Below are positions 20,120 to 30,015 of a stretch of 64,000 bases of DNA, in pieces; position 1 is the stretch's first letter; each line of letters opens with the position of its first letter. The notes under the pieces were generated by a model. That model saw only the letters and a program-made list of their open reading frames with translations. It was not told the origin of the DNA and did no database searches. The translations under genes and the position numbers were made by a program. Source of the stretch: Bdellovibrionota bacterium (GTDB lineage: Bacteria > Bdellovibrionota_C > UBA2361 > JBIKUX01); NCBI GenBank assembly GCA_044347345.1, contig JBIKUX010000008.1:32027-96026 (forward strand), in the 5' to 3' direction.

Positions 20120-20617
20120 TTAATTAAACTCAATATCTTCTGCTTTAATGTACTGCTGCCCTCTAGGGTCATTTTCGCCTCGTCCACACGGGTAACGGCG
20201 CCGAATCGGGTTTTTGTCTCTCCCGCCGTCAAGATGCCAAATTGTTGTACTTGGAGGAGTTTCTAAAATGGCAAATTGAATAAATGGCCCAAATTCTCCT
20301 TTTCCATCTCTGGCACAAAGCTCTATTATATTATAACTCCGAGGGTTTATTTTCCTTCTGGGATTATACTGGTCTTCTGTAAAAATTCTAACCTGACCTG
20401 AGTTAGCATTATCGTACCAAATATATATGTTATTGTGTGCAGTTTCTGGCTGCCGGTTAGAAAGCCCATAAAGACTAAAATTTTGATAAGTTATGACTGT
20501 ATCACCCACCCTTAGGTAGGCCGCTGTAAAACAATCTGGCAGTCTTTGTATCGGTGACTGTTGGTTACCTTTTGGTTTTTCTAATGGAAGGTCATGAGCA
20601 GATAGATGGAGATGCAT
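20120..20617 (-). CDS. Hypothetical protein
   Basis: 165-aa ORF with ATG start; no recognisable motif. Confidence 0.5.
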   Translation of the reverse strand: MHLHLSAHDLPLEKPKGNQQSPIQRLPDCFTAAYLRVGDTVITYQNFSLYGLSNRQPETAHNNIYIWYDNANSGQVRIFTEDQYNPRRKINPRSYNIIELCARDGKGEFGPFIQFAILETPPSTTIWHLDGGRDKNPIRRRYPCGRGENDPRGQQYIKAEDIEFN

Positions 20618-20819
20618 TATTATTAGATGGAGTATTAGCTCTATTAAAAAAATTCAACACAAATTTCCTTATTAACTAAAGACAAAGTCTAATTTCATTT
20701 ATTAAAAATAAGTAGAGAGAAGCGACATAAATAGACGAGTAAACAAAACTATTAAATCCGCAGCAGTTGCCCATCCTTAACAATGCTCAAGCTGGTGTCT
20801 TCTGTCTAAAAGCAGCCCG

Positions 20820-20898
20820 CCTAGGTTCCTTCTCCTAGGTGGCCTCTCCTAGGTCATAGCAGCTCATCTGCGCTGATCTAAATCTGATCTGAATCTGA
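20820..20898. repeat. Short periodic repeats: CCTAGGT x3 (14-bp period), then CTGATCT(A/G)AAT x2.5 (11-bp period)
   Basis: CCTAGGT at 20820, 20834 and 20848; CTGA(TCT) at 20873, 20884 and 20895. Confidence 0.75.
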
Positions 20899-21011
20899 GA
20901 TTAGCACTGGTCATTAGCAGAGTATTTCAGCGCACCAGCGCGAAATGCTACTCGATTCTAAGGTATGAAATGGTTGTTAAGACGAATATCTTTTTTAGCT
21001 ATAATATCCAT

Positions 21012-21569
21012 TTATAGCCCATCACCTTGCTTTTTTGCCAGACTTTCTAATAGTTCCTTTACACGCTTTGGATGCCTTACACCACCAATTTTTATGTAGC
21101 CCAAATCTTTTAAAGTCATTCCAACTTGAACTTCGCCCACATCTACAAGATGCCCCCAATACGACTGCTTTACATTAAGAGCTCTAATTGAGTGGTAAGC
21201 AATCTCTTTGCGGTCACTTATAGGGGAAAGTATTCCCGAGTAATGCACAACATGGTTACGCTCGAGCATCAGCTTTTCGTTATAAAGGGAATAGGCGGCT
21301 TTTAATACCAAAGCAAGAGGTAGTAACTGAAGTACAGGAAAGTCGTATTCAAAAAGCCTACCTGCAAGATAAAAGGAAAAAAGTGATAGATTGGTACCGG
21401 GAAAATAAATAGATATAAACGTAAAAATTACTCCTAGTAACACAGCCAAAGCTAAAAGTGGTCCCTGAGACAATAAATGTGGCCTAATTGCATGCCCTTT
21501 TTGTTGTTGCTGGCTTATCTTTTTTCGAAAGCGAGAAACCTGAGCTATTTTTTTTTCAGACGGATCCAT
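21012..21569 (-). CDS. Membrane protein with bacterial PH domain (bPH_2/YdbS-like)
   Basis: Two TMs followed by EIAYHSIRALNVKQSYWGHLVDVGEVQVG. Confidence 0.75.
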   Translation of the reverse strand: MDPSEKKIAQVSRFRKKISQQQQKGHAIRPHLLSQGPLLALAVLLGVIFTFISIYFPGTNLSLFSFYLAGRLFEYDFPVLQLLPLALVLKAAYSLYNEKLMLERNHVVHYSGILSPISDRKEIAYHSIRALNVKQSYWGHLVDVGEVQVGMTLKDLGYIKIGGVRHPKRVKELLESLAKKQGDGL

Positions 21570-21609
21570 ACCTTTCTATATTCCTCAACTTTTAGTACCT
21601 CTACTTTAG

Positions 21610-22866
21610 TCAAAAAATTTTTGAGATAAAGTAAAGACTAAGACCGACTAAGCCACCTACTAATGTGCCATTGATTCGAATGTATTGCAGATCCTTAGAT
21701 AGGTAAGATTCAAGGCGACCCACCAAAGTGGGTGTATCCCACGAATCTATCGTTCGAGCAATTGTGTCAGATATCTCATGGCGATGCTTTCCAATAACCA
21801 TCTCTCCAATAATCCTCAAGGTACGATTCAGGCGCTCGCAAAATTCTTGATCCTGATTAACTGATAAACTGACCTTTTTTATGAAACGGTCAATTGGTTC
21901 AATGAGCCTAGGAGACTCTTTACCTAAATCAGCCACAACAGCAGATACAATTGCATAACCGATAGAACTAATAGACGACAAAAGCCGATCGTTAGTTACA
22001 AATGCATGGGTTATCTGAGTAATCATAACTTTTAACTTGGAATCTTGCTGAGCTTGCAAAACAAACTGCCCAACAGATTCACGAAACCGTATGCGCAACT
22101 CATGAGAAGGATCTGTTAGAGCGGCTTCAATTGTATCATTAATCTTATTTATAATCGCTTCTACAATTGTTCTATCAATAAAAGAGGGCACAAACCACGG
22201 GCTCGCATCACGGATTTTATCTTTAATCCACTTCTGATTGGCGAGTAAATATTCTCTACCTAATTTTGCAATTTCATCGAAAAACACCTCATGATTGCTC
22301 GCTTCAGCGATTGTCTCAATTAATGCTCCAAGCAACTTTGGTAGCTCAATATGCCCAAGCTCCTCCAGAATAACTTCACGAAAAAAGACACGATATTCTG
22401 GGTCGTGAGCTACATCAACTAAACGTTCCATTACTCGCTGGATGCGGTTAAGAATAAATGTACGATTATCGTCATCTGCCAGCCACCTAGATAATGGGCC
22501 TGCTATATCGATACGCTGCTCCGTAAGTATGCGTTCAGATATTAGGTACTGCTCGATAAATTCCCCTAGACTCCGCCCTATTCGTTCCTTGTTTCGGGGG
22601 ATAACCGCAGTGTGAGGGATTGGAAGACCAAGTGGCTTGCGAAAAAGAGCCGTAACCGCAAACCAATCGGCCAAAGCTCCGACCATAGCGGCTTCACTAA
22701 ATGAACGAATTATGTCGATTGATGGATAAAATTGCTCCAGAGCACTGCTACAAAAAAATAACAATGCCATACTTAATAAAAGCACAGTTGCAAAAAAACG
22801 CATTGTGCGGTCACCATGCTTGGGTTCAGTGTGGGCAAACATAAACACAATTCTTGTTACTGACAC
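21610..22866 (-). CDS. DUF445 (YjiN-like) membrane protein
   Basis: EAAMVGALADWFAVTALFRKPLGLPIPHTAVIP and DLQYIRINGTLVGGLVG motifs. Confidence 0.93.
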   Translation of the reverse strand: MSVTRIVFMFAHTEPKHGDRTMRFFATVLLLSMALLFFCSSALEQFYPSIDIIRSFSEAAMVGALADWFAVTALFRKPLGLPIPHTAVIPRNKERIGRSLGEFIEQYLISERILTEQRIDIAGPLSRWLADDDNRTFILNRIQRVMERLVDVAHDPEYRVFFREVILEELGHIELPKLLGALIETIAEASNHEVFFDEIAKLGREYLLANQKWIKDKIRDASPWFVPSFIDRTIVEAIINKINDTIEAALTDPSHELRIRFRESVGQFVLQAQQDSKLKVMITQITHAFVTNDRLLSSISSIGYAIVSAVVADLGKESPRLIEPIDRFIKKVSLSVNQDQEFCERLNRTLRIIGEMVIGKHRHEISDTIARTIDSWDTPTLVGRLESYLSKDLQYIRINGTLVGGLVGLSLYFISKIF

Positions 22867-24026
22867 TCAAATACGTTCAAACCATCACTACACTTTGTGG
22901 ATCTATGAAAAATAATTCTAGTGGCAATATTCAAAATATCTTGCCCCCTCCATGGATTTCAGTAATTCTTATTCTTACTGGGCTTACTTGGATCATAGTA
23001 AAACTTAGAGAGCTCTGTTTTTTTCTTCTTCTCGCCTATCTTATCAGTTATCTAATCCATCCATCGGTAAGTTGGCTAGAACAAAAAAAAGGTGTTCCAC
23101 GCTGGATGGGATGTATAGGCGTTGTTGGAGGTGTATGCCTTGTCGCTCTGCTTCTACTTCTTTCAGTTCTTCCCTATATTCTTAATGAGGTAATCAGACT
23201 AATTCAGCACTTACCATCATCATTCAGTCAAGCACAGGAGGTGATAACAAACTCGCTAAAGAATATTCCCTTTATCAATCACCTACCTTGGGATCAACTT
23301 ATAACGGGCAGTAAAATTTCCGAGTTTTTAAAATCGCGACTCATTAATGATGGAACACTTAAAACCGTAACTGCGGCATTAGGGAGTGCTCTTTTGGGAG
23401 GTTACTCCTTCGGAATGACAGTAATTAACCTCGCACTACTACCTTTCTTTGTGTTCTACATAACCATTGATTTTATCCCACTTCATAAAAACGCTCTACT
23501 TACAATACCCAGTAGATACAGACCCAAAGTCACGCAGATCATAACCAAAATTAATAAAATTATTCGAGAATTTTTAACGGGACAAATAATCGTAGGAGCC
23601 ATTCTATCAGTACTTTATCTTGTAGGACTACAAATTGTTGGTCTACAACTCTCTGCCGCTATTAGCATCATCTCTGGATTTGGTAACCTAGTGCCGTATC
23701 TTGGAGGAATATTAGGTGCCTTTTTAGCAACATTAATCTCAATTTCATCTGTTGGCTCATTAGGCCACGTCCTTGGCGTTTGGACTGTATTTATTGTAGT
23801 GCAACTGCTCGAGAGCTTTTTAATTACCCCAAAAATTGTTGGTGACCAGGTAGGAGTGTCCCCCCTTACCGTTTCAATTGCGCTGATAGCAGGAGGAACT
23901 TTATTTGGTCTACTGGGAATAATGATAGCAGTTCCGGCTACCGCGGCCTTAAAAATATTGCTCTGGGAACTTTTAGTTTACCTTAAAGCCGATGTAACTC
24001 TTGCTACTGATGCAAACAAGAAGTAG
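22854..24026 (+). CDS. AI-2E/PerM-family transporter (probable start ATG 22905)
   Basis: LLAYLISYLIHP, PFFVFYI, LVPYLG, QLLESFLITPKIVG and GGTLFGLLGIMIAVP motifs. Confidence 0.92.
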   Translation: MLLTLKYVQTITTLCGSMKNNSSGNIQNILPPPWISVILILTGLTWIIVKLRELCFFLLLAYLISYLIHPSVSWLEQKKGVPRWMGCIGVVGGVCLVALLLLLSVLPYILNEVIRLIQHLPSSFSQAQEVITNSLKNIPFINHLPWDQLITGSKISEFLKSRLINDGTLKTVTAALGSALLGGYSFGMTVINLALLPFFVFYITIDFIPLHKNALLTIPSRYRPKVTQIITKINKIIREFLTGQIIVGAILSVLYLVGLQIVGLQLSAAISIISGFGNLVPYLGGILGAFLATLISISSVGSLGHVLGVWTVFIVVQLLESFLITPKIVGDQVGVSPLTVSIALIAGGTLFGLLGIMIAVPATAALKILLWELLVYLKADVTLATDANKK

Positions 24027-24987
24027 TAATCAACTGAGCTAACTCTGATTTGGTTTGCTCGTAAATAACTACTAACTTAGCGATGTCTTCTCGACTGGGC
24101 ATAACTAAAGGTAGCCTACACTCACCGACATCTTCAGAAACCTCGTTCATAAGAGCCTTGATGGGAACTGGATTTGGGCCAATCTTAAGCAATGCCCTTG
24201 CTAGCGGATACATTACGTACATTACCTGAGCGGCAAGCTCAGTATTTCTTGATATCCAAGCGTTATACAAGGTGACCATTCCCTCCGGCAAAACATTCGC
24301 TAAAACTGAGACTACTCCGCACCCACCTACGCTGAGTATTGGAAGAGTAAGCGAATCGTCGCCGGAAAGAATTGCTAACTTTCTTCCGCTTTTGCTGAGT
24401 AAAGCGGCAACTTCAGTGATCTCGTCAAGGTCACCGTTAGATGCCTTAAGCCCAATTACATTGCTACATTCTTGCGCAATCTTTGTAAGAGTTGCGGGCG
24501 AAATATTTATACCAGAGCGTCCTGGTATATTGTATACAACTAAAGGAACACCAATTTCATTAAGGGCACTAAAGTGCGCTATCAAACCTTGAGGCGAGGG
24601 CTTGTTGTAATAGGGGCACACAATTAGACATGCATCAACTCCGGCAAGTGCGGCTTGAGCAGTTAGTCGCACTGCCTCAGCTGTCGAATTTGACCCAGTA
24701 CCCGCAATAGTTGTCATACCAAACGACTTCGCAGTACGAGCCACTAATTCTACAATCGCCTCATGCTCCTCGTGGCTAACGGTAGGCGATTCTCCAGTGG
24801 TGCCACATGGTACAACTCCGTTAACACCAGCTTGAGCCTGAGCCTTGATGAGCTCTTTAATGCGGTCATAGTTAACCTCACCTTGCCGATTTTTAAATGG
24901 TGTGACTAAGGCAGTAGTAACGCCAGACAAATTAAGAGTATCCTGGTGGCCAACTTTTTTACTTGTATCGGTATTTTTAGAAGTCAT
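24004..24987 (-). CDS. dapA: 4-hydroxy-tetrahydrodipicolinate synthase
   Basis: TALVTPF, GTTGESPT, GTGSNST, PYYNKP, YNIPGRSG, GLKAS, LSGDD and NPVPIK motifs. Confidence 0.96.
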   Translation of the reverse strand: MTSKNTDTSKKVGHQDTLNLSGVTTALVTPFKNRQGEVNYDRIKELIKAQAQAGVNGVVPCGTTGESPTVSHEEHEAIVELVARTAKSFGMTTIAGTGSNSTAEAVRLTAQAALAGVDACLIVCPYYNKPSPQGLIAHFSALNEIGVPLVVYNIPGRSGINISPATLTKIAQECSNVIGLKASNGDLDEITEVAALLSKSGRKLAILSGDDSLTLPILSVGGCGVVSVLANVLPEGMVTLYNAWISRNTELAAQVMYVMYPLARALLKIGPNPVPIKALMNEVSEDVGECRLPLVMPSREDIAKLVVIYEQTKSELAQLITTSCLHQ

Positions 24988-25147
24988 TTATTTACTGTGC
25001 TAGACAAAATTAACTAATCCCACATTAATTACGAATCCTAGTTTAAATATTGCGGGATTTAATATTCGTAACTCTTTAAGCTTATGATTAACACCGTTAA
25101 CTATTTAACATACTTTATTACCAGAGCTGAACAGCTACCGCGATGCT

Positions 25148-25197
25148 AAAACGGACAATAACAAAACGGACAACGCCACAATGAGCAACGCCACAAT
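25148..25197. repeat. Nested 15-bp-period duplications (AAAACGGACAA x2; CAACGCCACAAT x2)
   Basis: Copies at 25148/25163 and 25171/25186. Confidence 0.7.
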
Positions 25198-25361
25198 CGA
25201 AACGATGGCTGAACTAAAAAAATCCCAAAGAAATAGCTCAATAAACGAAAAGGGTACACTACGAAAAAAAACAAGTCATCAAAAAATCTGTAAAGCCGTT
25301 TTTAAAATTACCACTTTTCCCGTAGTTTCTCCCTGTCAAACCACTTAATAGATCTAGTTAC

Positions 25362-25961
25362 ATGAATTTCCTTGACGGAATCTTTTCATTTCATATTGCC
25401 CTATATAATGCCCAGCAAAATTCGGAAGCTATTATTCGGCTCAAAGCGCCACGACACGAGCAAGAACCGGTGCTATTTTTTTACGCAAAAATTATAGCTT
25501 TTATTCACTCTTATCACGAAAAACTTCAATTTCAGTCAAATATCCGGTCAAGTGAAGAAATAGTAGCATCCACTCCCGAGGACTACTCTGGCCTAATGCC
25601 ACAAAAATTATTTATTGGCGCTCCCTCTACACGAGCCTTAAAAGCGTTCGCAAGGCAAGGAAAAGAATTAGGTTCAAATGCAATGAGAGGATATTGTTTT
25701 GAATCAGTACAAGTTGAGGCCATCTGCACCGCTCTAAAAGGTAGTGGCAGTAATTGGATTGAACCAGTAACCTTTTTTCGAATAGATCACAGATTTTTAC
25801 ACCAATTAAGTGAACTTGAGACAGGTAAGCAGCGCTGGGAAGTGACTATAGTAGAAAATAATCACCTGTACCTATCAACTAACCACCGACAACTGGAAAC
25901 TGATATTGCCGCAATCGATATTTGGGCTACTTTTCAGCACCTAATTGCCAATAAGACATAA
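25362..25961 (+). CDS. yaeQ: YaeQ-family protein
   Basis: IRLKAPRHEQEP..FYAKIIAFIHSYHEKLQF and a C-terminal WEVTIVENNHLYL fit the YaeQ pattern. Confidence 0.7.
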   Translation: MNFLDGIFSFHIALYNAQQNSEAIIRLKAPRHEQEPVLFFYAKIIAFIHSYHEKLQFQSNIRSSEEIVASTPEDYSGLMPQKLFIGAPSTRALKAFARQGKELGSNAMRGYCFESVQVEAICTALKGSGSNWIEPVTFFRIDHRFLHQLSELETGKQRWEVTIVENNHLYLSTNHRQLETDIAAIDIWATFQHLIANKT

Positions 25962-26181
25962 AACCTTGGTACACCCTAGAATTATTTAACAGTGTTTTCA
26001 GCTATATAACTCGCTTTTAATTCTACGATGTACCAAAATTTAACGAACGTTTTAATATTCCGGTTCTACAAAACGAACACCAAAAGTTTTAGCCAAGATA
26101 GTTAAGTACGGTGGCGAGATATACCAGGACGTTGCTAGCTACACAGAAACTATCATTAAGAGAGACCAGAACCTCTTAGCG

Positions 26182-26664
26182 TTAAAGTAACTTTGGTTGA
26201 TGAGAGCCCGATACAGCTGCCAGAGACATCACGGCACTGCATGCCAACTCAAGGGCTAGAAGGTCACGGCTGCCTAATTTTATTCGGCGACGCTCCTCTT
26301 CTGTTCTACCGGTCACAATCCTTAACCAAGATGTTTCATTAGCGGATGGTTTTTGACCTTTCACCGTCTTATCTCGATATAATTTTATTAAAATGTCTGG
26401 AGTGTTATTCTCGTCACTACCCTGAAGAATAATATTTTCGTCAAGAGACTCAAACTCGTAGAGAAACGCCCGAGTAGTAGCCCATAAGCCTCCGACTGCA
26501 TCAAGAGGAAGTAAAATATCAGCAGCTCCAGCTGTAGACGGAGCTTGAATACCCTCAACTATGGGAATGTAAAGCAGTCTAAGACCATTGGCCTGAGGAA
26601 CAAGTTGCAAACGCCCAAAAGATTTGTTGATAAAAAATGTGATGCCACCGAAATACATACGCAC
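26182..26664 (-). CDS. Hypothetical protein divergent from the T4SS cluster
   Basis: 160-aa ORF with ATG start and GGAG RBS; beta-beta-alpha-like alternation; no certain family. Confidence 0.65.
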   Translation of the reverse strand: MRMYFGGITFFINKSFGRLQLVPQANGLRLLYIPIVEGIQAPSTAGAADILLPLDAVGGLWATTRAFLYEFESLDENIILQGSDENNTPDILIKLYRDKTVKGQKPSANETSWLRIVTGRTEEERRRIKLGSRDLLALELACSAVMSLAAVSGSHQPKLL

Positions 26665-26938
26665 TCGCTCCCTTCAAAAAAAACACCTTAACGCTGTAAC
26701 CTCTGTTCATGCCGAGTTAACCAAAAACCCTAGCGCGTGTCTTAGCAGCGTGCTCCCAAACTAAATTAGTCACTAATACTCAGTTATTACTGAGGAGTTA
26801 GAACATGCGTCATTTATTTTTAGTTATTTTATATTGCGGTGATACCAATCAGCTTTAGCCTGAGACTATATATTTTTTGCCTCATAAAAATATATACCTT
26901 GACTAGATAAGTGAAGAGGCCGAAAAAAAAGTTTAAGC

Positions 26939-26980
26939 TATTTATTACAGACAACAGATATTTATTACAGACACTAGATA
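26939..26980. promoter_or_regulatory. Direct repeat TATTTATTACAGACA x2 (20-bp period) upstream of the T4SS cluster
   Basis: Copies at 26939 and 26959, about 100 bp upstream of the 27073 start. The regulatory role is inferred. Confidence 0.5.
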
Positions 26981-27072
26981 TGATTGTGCCTGAGGCTTAT
27001 TAGCGTAGGCTCTCTTGTTAAGTTAGCGCAAAAAGCATTACCCGTAGCCAAAAATGGCAGGAGCAACTCAGT

Positions 27073-27765
27073 ATGAAAGGCCTTCTTTATTCAAACTCTC
27101 GCAAATCAACAAAGAGCTTAGTATTGAGTAAGACGATGATACTACTGTCTATCATCATAAATTCACTATTTTGCGGATTAACGTTGGCAGATGGGACCTC
27201 TAGTTTTGGTACTTCAGAAACTAACTCAAATGACCCTTCGGCTCCAGACGAGTATTTTGATAACACCAAAAAAGAAGTATCGGCCTCAGATTCCCAAGAA
27301 CCCAAAACATCATCTCCTATCGCAGATAGTGGCTCCTCAAATACTGAAAATCAATTAGGTGACTCAGAAATAAAAGATGCTGCGACGGTAAAAAGTTCAG
27401 TTGCAGTCCAAGAATCAGATACTGCCCAACAAAATTTACCCACATCGGAAAAGAAAAATTCTCCCAACGCGCAGAAAGGTGCCAGAGCCTCGGTCTCTAT
27501 AGCTACAGCCTCTAGCGAACAAATGGCCGCAGCTATTGGTCATTATGCCCGAGCTCGCTCGCTCCTAATAGCTGCAGTAAGAGAGTTCGATAAAGGAATG
27601 TCCAAGGCTGATGCTTCGCCCCTTCTTGACACTTATGTGTGGAGGGAGTCAATGATAAGTCACGCCGCTGAACTAGAGAGAATACTCAGTCCAAAACCAC
27701 GAGAATCAAAAACTGGAGTTCAATTTGAACCAGATCCTAGGCTTTTAGGTGAAGCAACAAAGTAA
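27073..27765 (+). CDS. Exported/membrane-anchored hypothetical protein, first gene of the T4SS cluster
   Basis: GGAG RBS; hydrophobic N-terminus; S/E/D-rich linker; helical C-terminal domain. Confidence 0.75.
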   Translation: MKGLLYSNSRKSTKSLVLSKTMILLSIIINSLFCGLTLADGTSSFGTSETNSNDPSAPDEYFDNTKKEVSASDSQEPKTSSPIADSGSSNTENQLGDSEIKDAATVKSSVAVQESDTAQQNLPTSEKKNSPNAQKGARASVSIATASSEQMAAAIGHYARARSLLIAAVREFDKGMSKADASPLLDTYVWRESMISHAAELERILSPKPRESKTGVQFEPDPRLLGEATK

Positions 27766-27847
27766 CTTAGGTCGATAGAAAAAAGTACCGACAAAGCCTA
27801 AAGAAATTTAGGAATGGAGGGATAAATACCTAAACGGTGGTTTGTTG

Positions 27848-27881
27848 ATGGTGGTGCTTTTCATGGTGGTGCTTTTCATGG
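27848..27881. repeat. 15-bp tandem duplication ATGGTGGTGCTTTTC x2 plus ATGG
   Basis: Read directly; immediately upstream of the TraL-like gene. Confidence 0.9.
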
Positions 27882-27890
27882 GTAAATTTT

Positions 27891-28313
27891 ATGGATAGTG
27901 GTGAAGAAATTCCCGGATTAGGAGATTCTTGGACATTTTTAGGTGCAAAGCCTTTTGAGTGGCTATCTGGCCTCCCTACTTTTTTAATAGTTTCTGAGTT
28001 CTTTTTTAAAGGCTCTGCCGCTAAAAATATGCCTATCCTACTTATTTGTATGATAGGAACTACAATTACCCTTGCAACTCTCAGACAACGGTTCCCAGAT
28101 GAGGAGCGAGGTCTCCTAAATTTACTAGCTGTTAAGTGCGGTTTTCCGCCTCCAAACATCCCTATTCCTGCTGAGTTACAGCCTATTTGGAGCGGCGCAC
28201 CAATAAGAGAGTTGCCGGCGGAACGCGAGTTTGTGCAACTCGGATTAGACAAGGTGTTTGATACAACCCCGTGGGATGAAAGTGACCCGAATCACAACAC
28301 TAAAAATGCGTAA
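27891..28313 (+). CDS. TraL/VirB3-like small membrane protein
   Basis: EIPGLGDSWTFLG followed by two TMs and a Pro-rich tail; occupies the traL position before traE-K-B-V. Confidence 0.6.
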   Translation: MDSGEEIPGLGDSWTFLGAKPFEWLSGLPTFLIVSEFFFKGSAAKNMPILLICMIGTTITLATLRQRFPDEERGLLNLLAVKCGFPPPNIPIPAELQPIWSGAPIRELPAEREFVQLGLDKVFDTTPWDESDPNHNTKNA

Positions 28314-28474
28314 ATATTTAAGTTTATCTGTCTAAAAAGTTACTCAAGTCGTTAAGGTCGTCAACCGTAGCATTAAGTAGAGAGAAGACGAACAAACGAA
28401 AGAAAAACTTTAAAACCAGTGATATAAATAAACTGGTAAGTAGCAAGAATTTGAACCAAAAGAGAAAGTAAAAA

Positions 28475-29134
28475 ATGGCAAAAAGGCCAAAAGAAGCAGT
28501 CTCACAGCTACTAGAGGCAAGTAAGGTCTCAAGCCTTGGTGAGACAAGTGATACGCTTAGAGTGTGGGATCAGTATCGTGATGAAGCTCTGCTCTGGAGA
28601 TCTGTCGCACTTTTTCAGGCTCCGGCTTCACTACTTCTCATAATTTTCTGCTTTTATCTTTGGAGTAGCCGACACACTACGCTTCATGTCCCAGCTAAAC
28701 CAGCACCCGGCATTTATTCTGCGGAAGAAATCCCTGATATAGTTTTTATTGATACCGCTACCGAATTTGTCAACCTCATCGCATCTTATCAACCAATAAT
28801 TGCTCGAAGACAATTTGAATCAGCTCGCGAGTTACTCGCTGAACCAATGCTCACAAGTTTTAGTCGGGAAATGCTTGAAACAGAATTAAGTGCTATCGAA
28901 ACTACCAAAAGAACCCAGCTATTCTTTACAGACCCGACTAAAACAACAGTAAAACGAGACCGAGATCAAGTGACAGTAAATTTTGTAGGTGAAAGATTAA
29001 AAATAGTAGCTGGACGTGAGTTACCATCTGTAACTTCAGAATATAGTATTATCCTGTCATCTATTCCTCACAACAAACTTAACCCCTACGGTATAGCTAT
29101 CGTGGGAGCAAATTTTAAAGATATAGTGCGATAA
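28475..29134 (+). CDS. traE: TraE-like (VirB8-like) bitopic protein
   Basis: Single TM, then an NTF2-like periplasmic part (TQLFFTDP..TTV...VTVNFVGERLKIVAG, NPYGIAI); gene order. Confidence 0.7.
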   Translation: MAKRPKEAVSQLLEASKVSSLGETSDTLRVWDQYRDEALLWRSVALFQAPASLLLIIFCFYLWSSRHTTLHVPAKPAPGIYSAEEIPDIVFIDTATEFVNLIASYQPIIARRQFESARELLAEPMLTSFSREMLETELSAIETTKRTQLFFTDPTKTTVKRDRDQVTVNFVGERLKIVAGRELPSVTSEYSIILSSIPHNKLNPYGIAIVGANFKDIVR

Positions 29135-29156
29135 TTTAGGAGCAATATTTTAACTA

Positions 29157-29990
29157 ATGAATACTCTGAGTCGGTCATCTTTCTTCGCTCGTATCAAACT
29201 AGCTCTTTGTTTTGTTGTTATCTGGGCGTTTGTTTTAGTCAGTGTGGGCTTACCGGAAATAGCTAGCGCCAGAACTCTCGAATACGATCAAAGCGAAGTA
29301 GCTGTATACGTAAATCCTGGAGAACCTACCCAAATTAGGTTCCCCGGCACCATATCTGGAGGATTTAAAAAGAAAAAATCTTCTATCGCTTTAGACCGAA
29401 AACAATCAGATTTAATCGTTTTTGCCAACGAGGCAATAGCTTCTGAAGGAGAAGCCATTATAGTAAGACTAAATGATGGTCGATCGTACTCTTTACGCAT
29501 TCAACGGGCTGGAGAAAATACTCCACCGCGTGACGATGTAGTACAAATCGATGATCTTAGGTCACCTGTAACACCTCTAGGAGAGGAGGAAGAAGAACCT
29601 CCTTTTAAAGAGCGAGACTTTCAATATGCTCCTCCAACACAAATTAGTGGCCTAATGCGTGAACTAGTCCTTCACGCTGAATTTGCTAAATCTAATATTC
29701 CGGGCTACCGAGTCAGTGAAAGATACAAGGGTGAAACAATTTTGAATGATGGAACATTGCTCGCTACTATTGAAAAAATATTTATAGGCCGAGCACTTTG
29801 GGGGTATGTACTTACAGTTGAAAATCAACTCGATGTCGCTCAAAAGCTTAATCCAGCCACATTTAGAATAGATGGAACTCGGGCAATATCTGCAAATTAT
29901 TGGGAACTCTCTCCACGACCACTTACTGTAGAACAACAAATAGCAGGTCGGCACAAATCTAAAGTGTACATTGTAACAAGAGCAAAGTGA
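29157..29990 (+). CDS. traK: TraK-like (VirB9-like) core-complex protein
   Basis: Signal peptide; VNPGEPTQIRFP; ISGLMREL...IPGY; WGYVLTVENQ....LNPATF...RAIS. Confidence 0.8.
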   Translation: MNTLSRSSFFARIKLALCFVVIWAFVLVSVGLPEIASARTLEYDQSEVAVYVNPGEPTQIRFPGTISGGFKKKKSSIALDRKQSDLIVFANEAIASEGEAIIVRLNDGRSYSLRIQRAGENTPPRDDVVQIDDLRSPVTPLGEEEEEPPFKERDFQYAPPTQISGLMRELVLHAEFAKSNIPGYRVSERYKGETILNDGTLLATIEKIFIGRALWGYVLTVENQLDVAQKLNPATFRIDGTRAISANYWELSPRPLTVEQQIAGRHKSKVYIVTRAK

Positions 29991-30015
29991 GTAAGGTAGT
30001 AGCAGTAGTAACAAC

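Noticed and set aside
26665-27072. oriT for the tra cluster
   Set aside because: No recognisable nic motif and no relaxase in the window.
27830-28252. Minus-strand ORF ending in HEKHHHEKHHH
   Set aside because: Antisense to the TraL-like gene; the His run is just the reverse reading of the 15-bp duplication.
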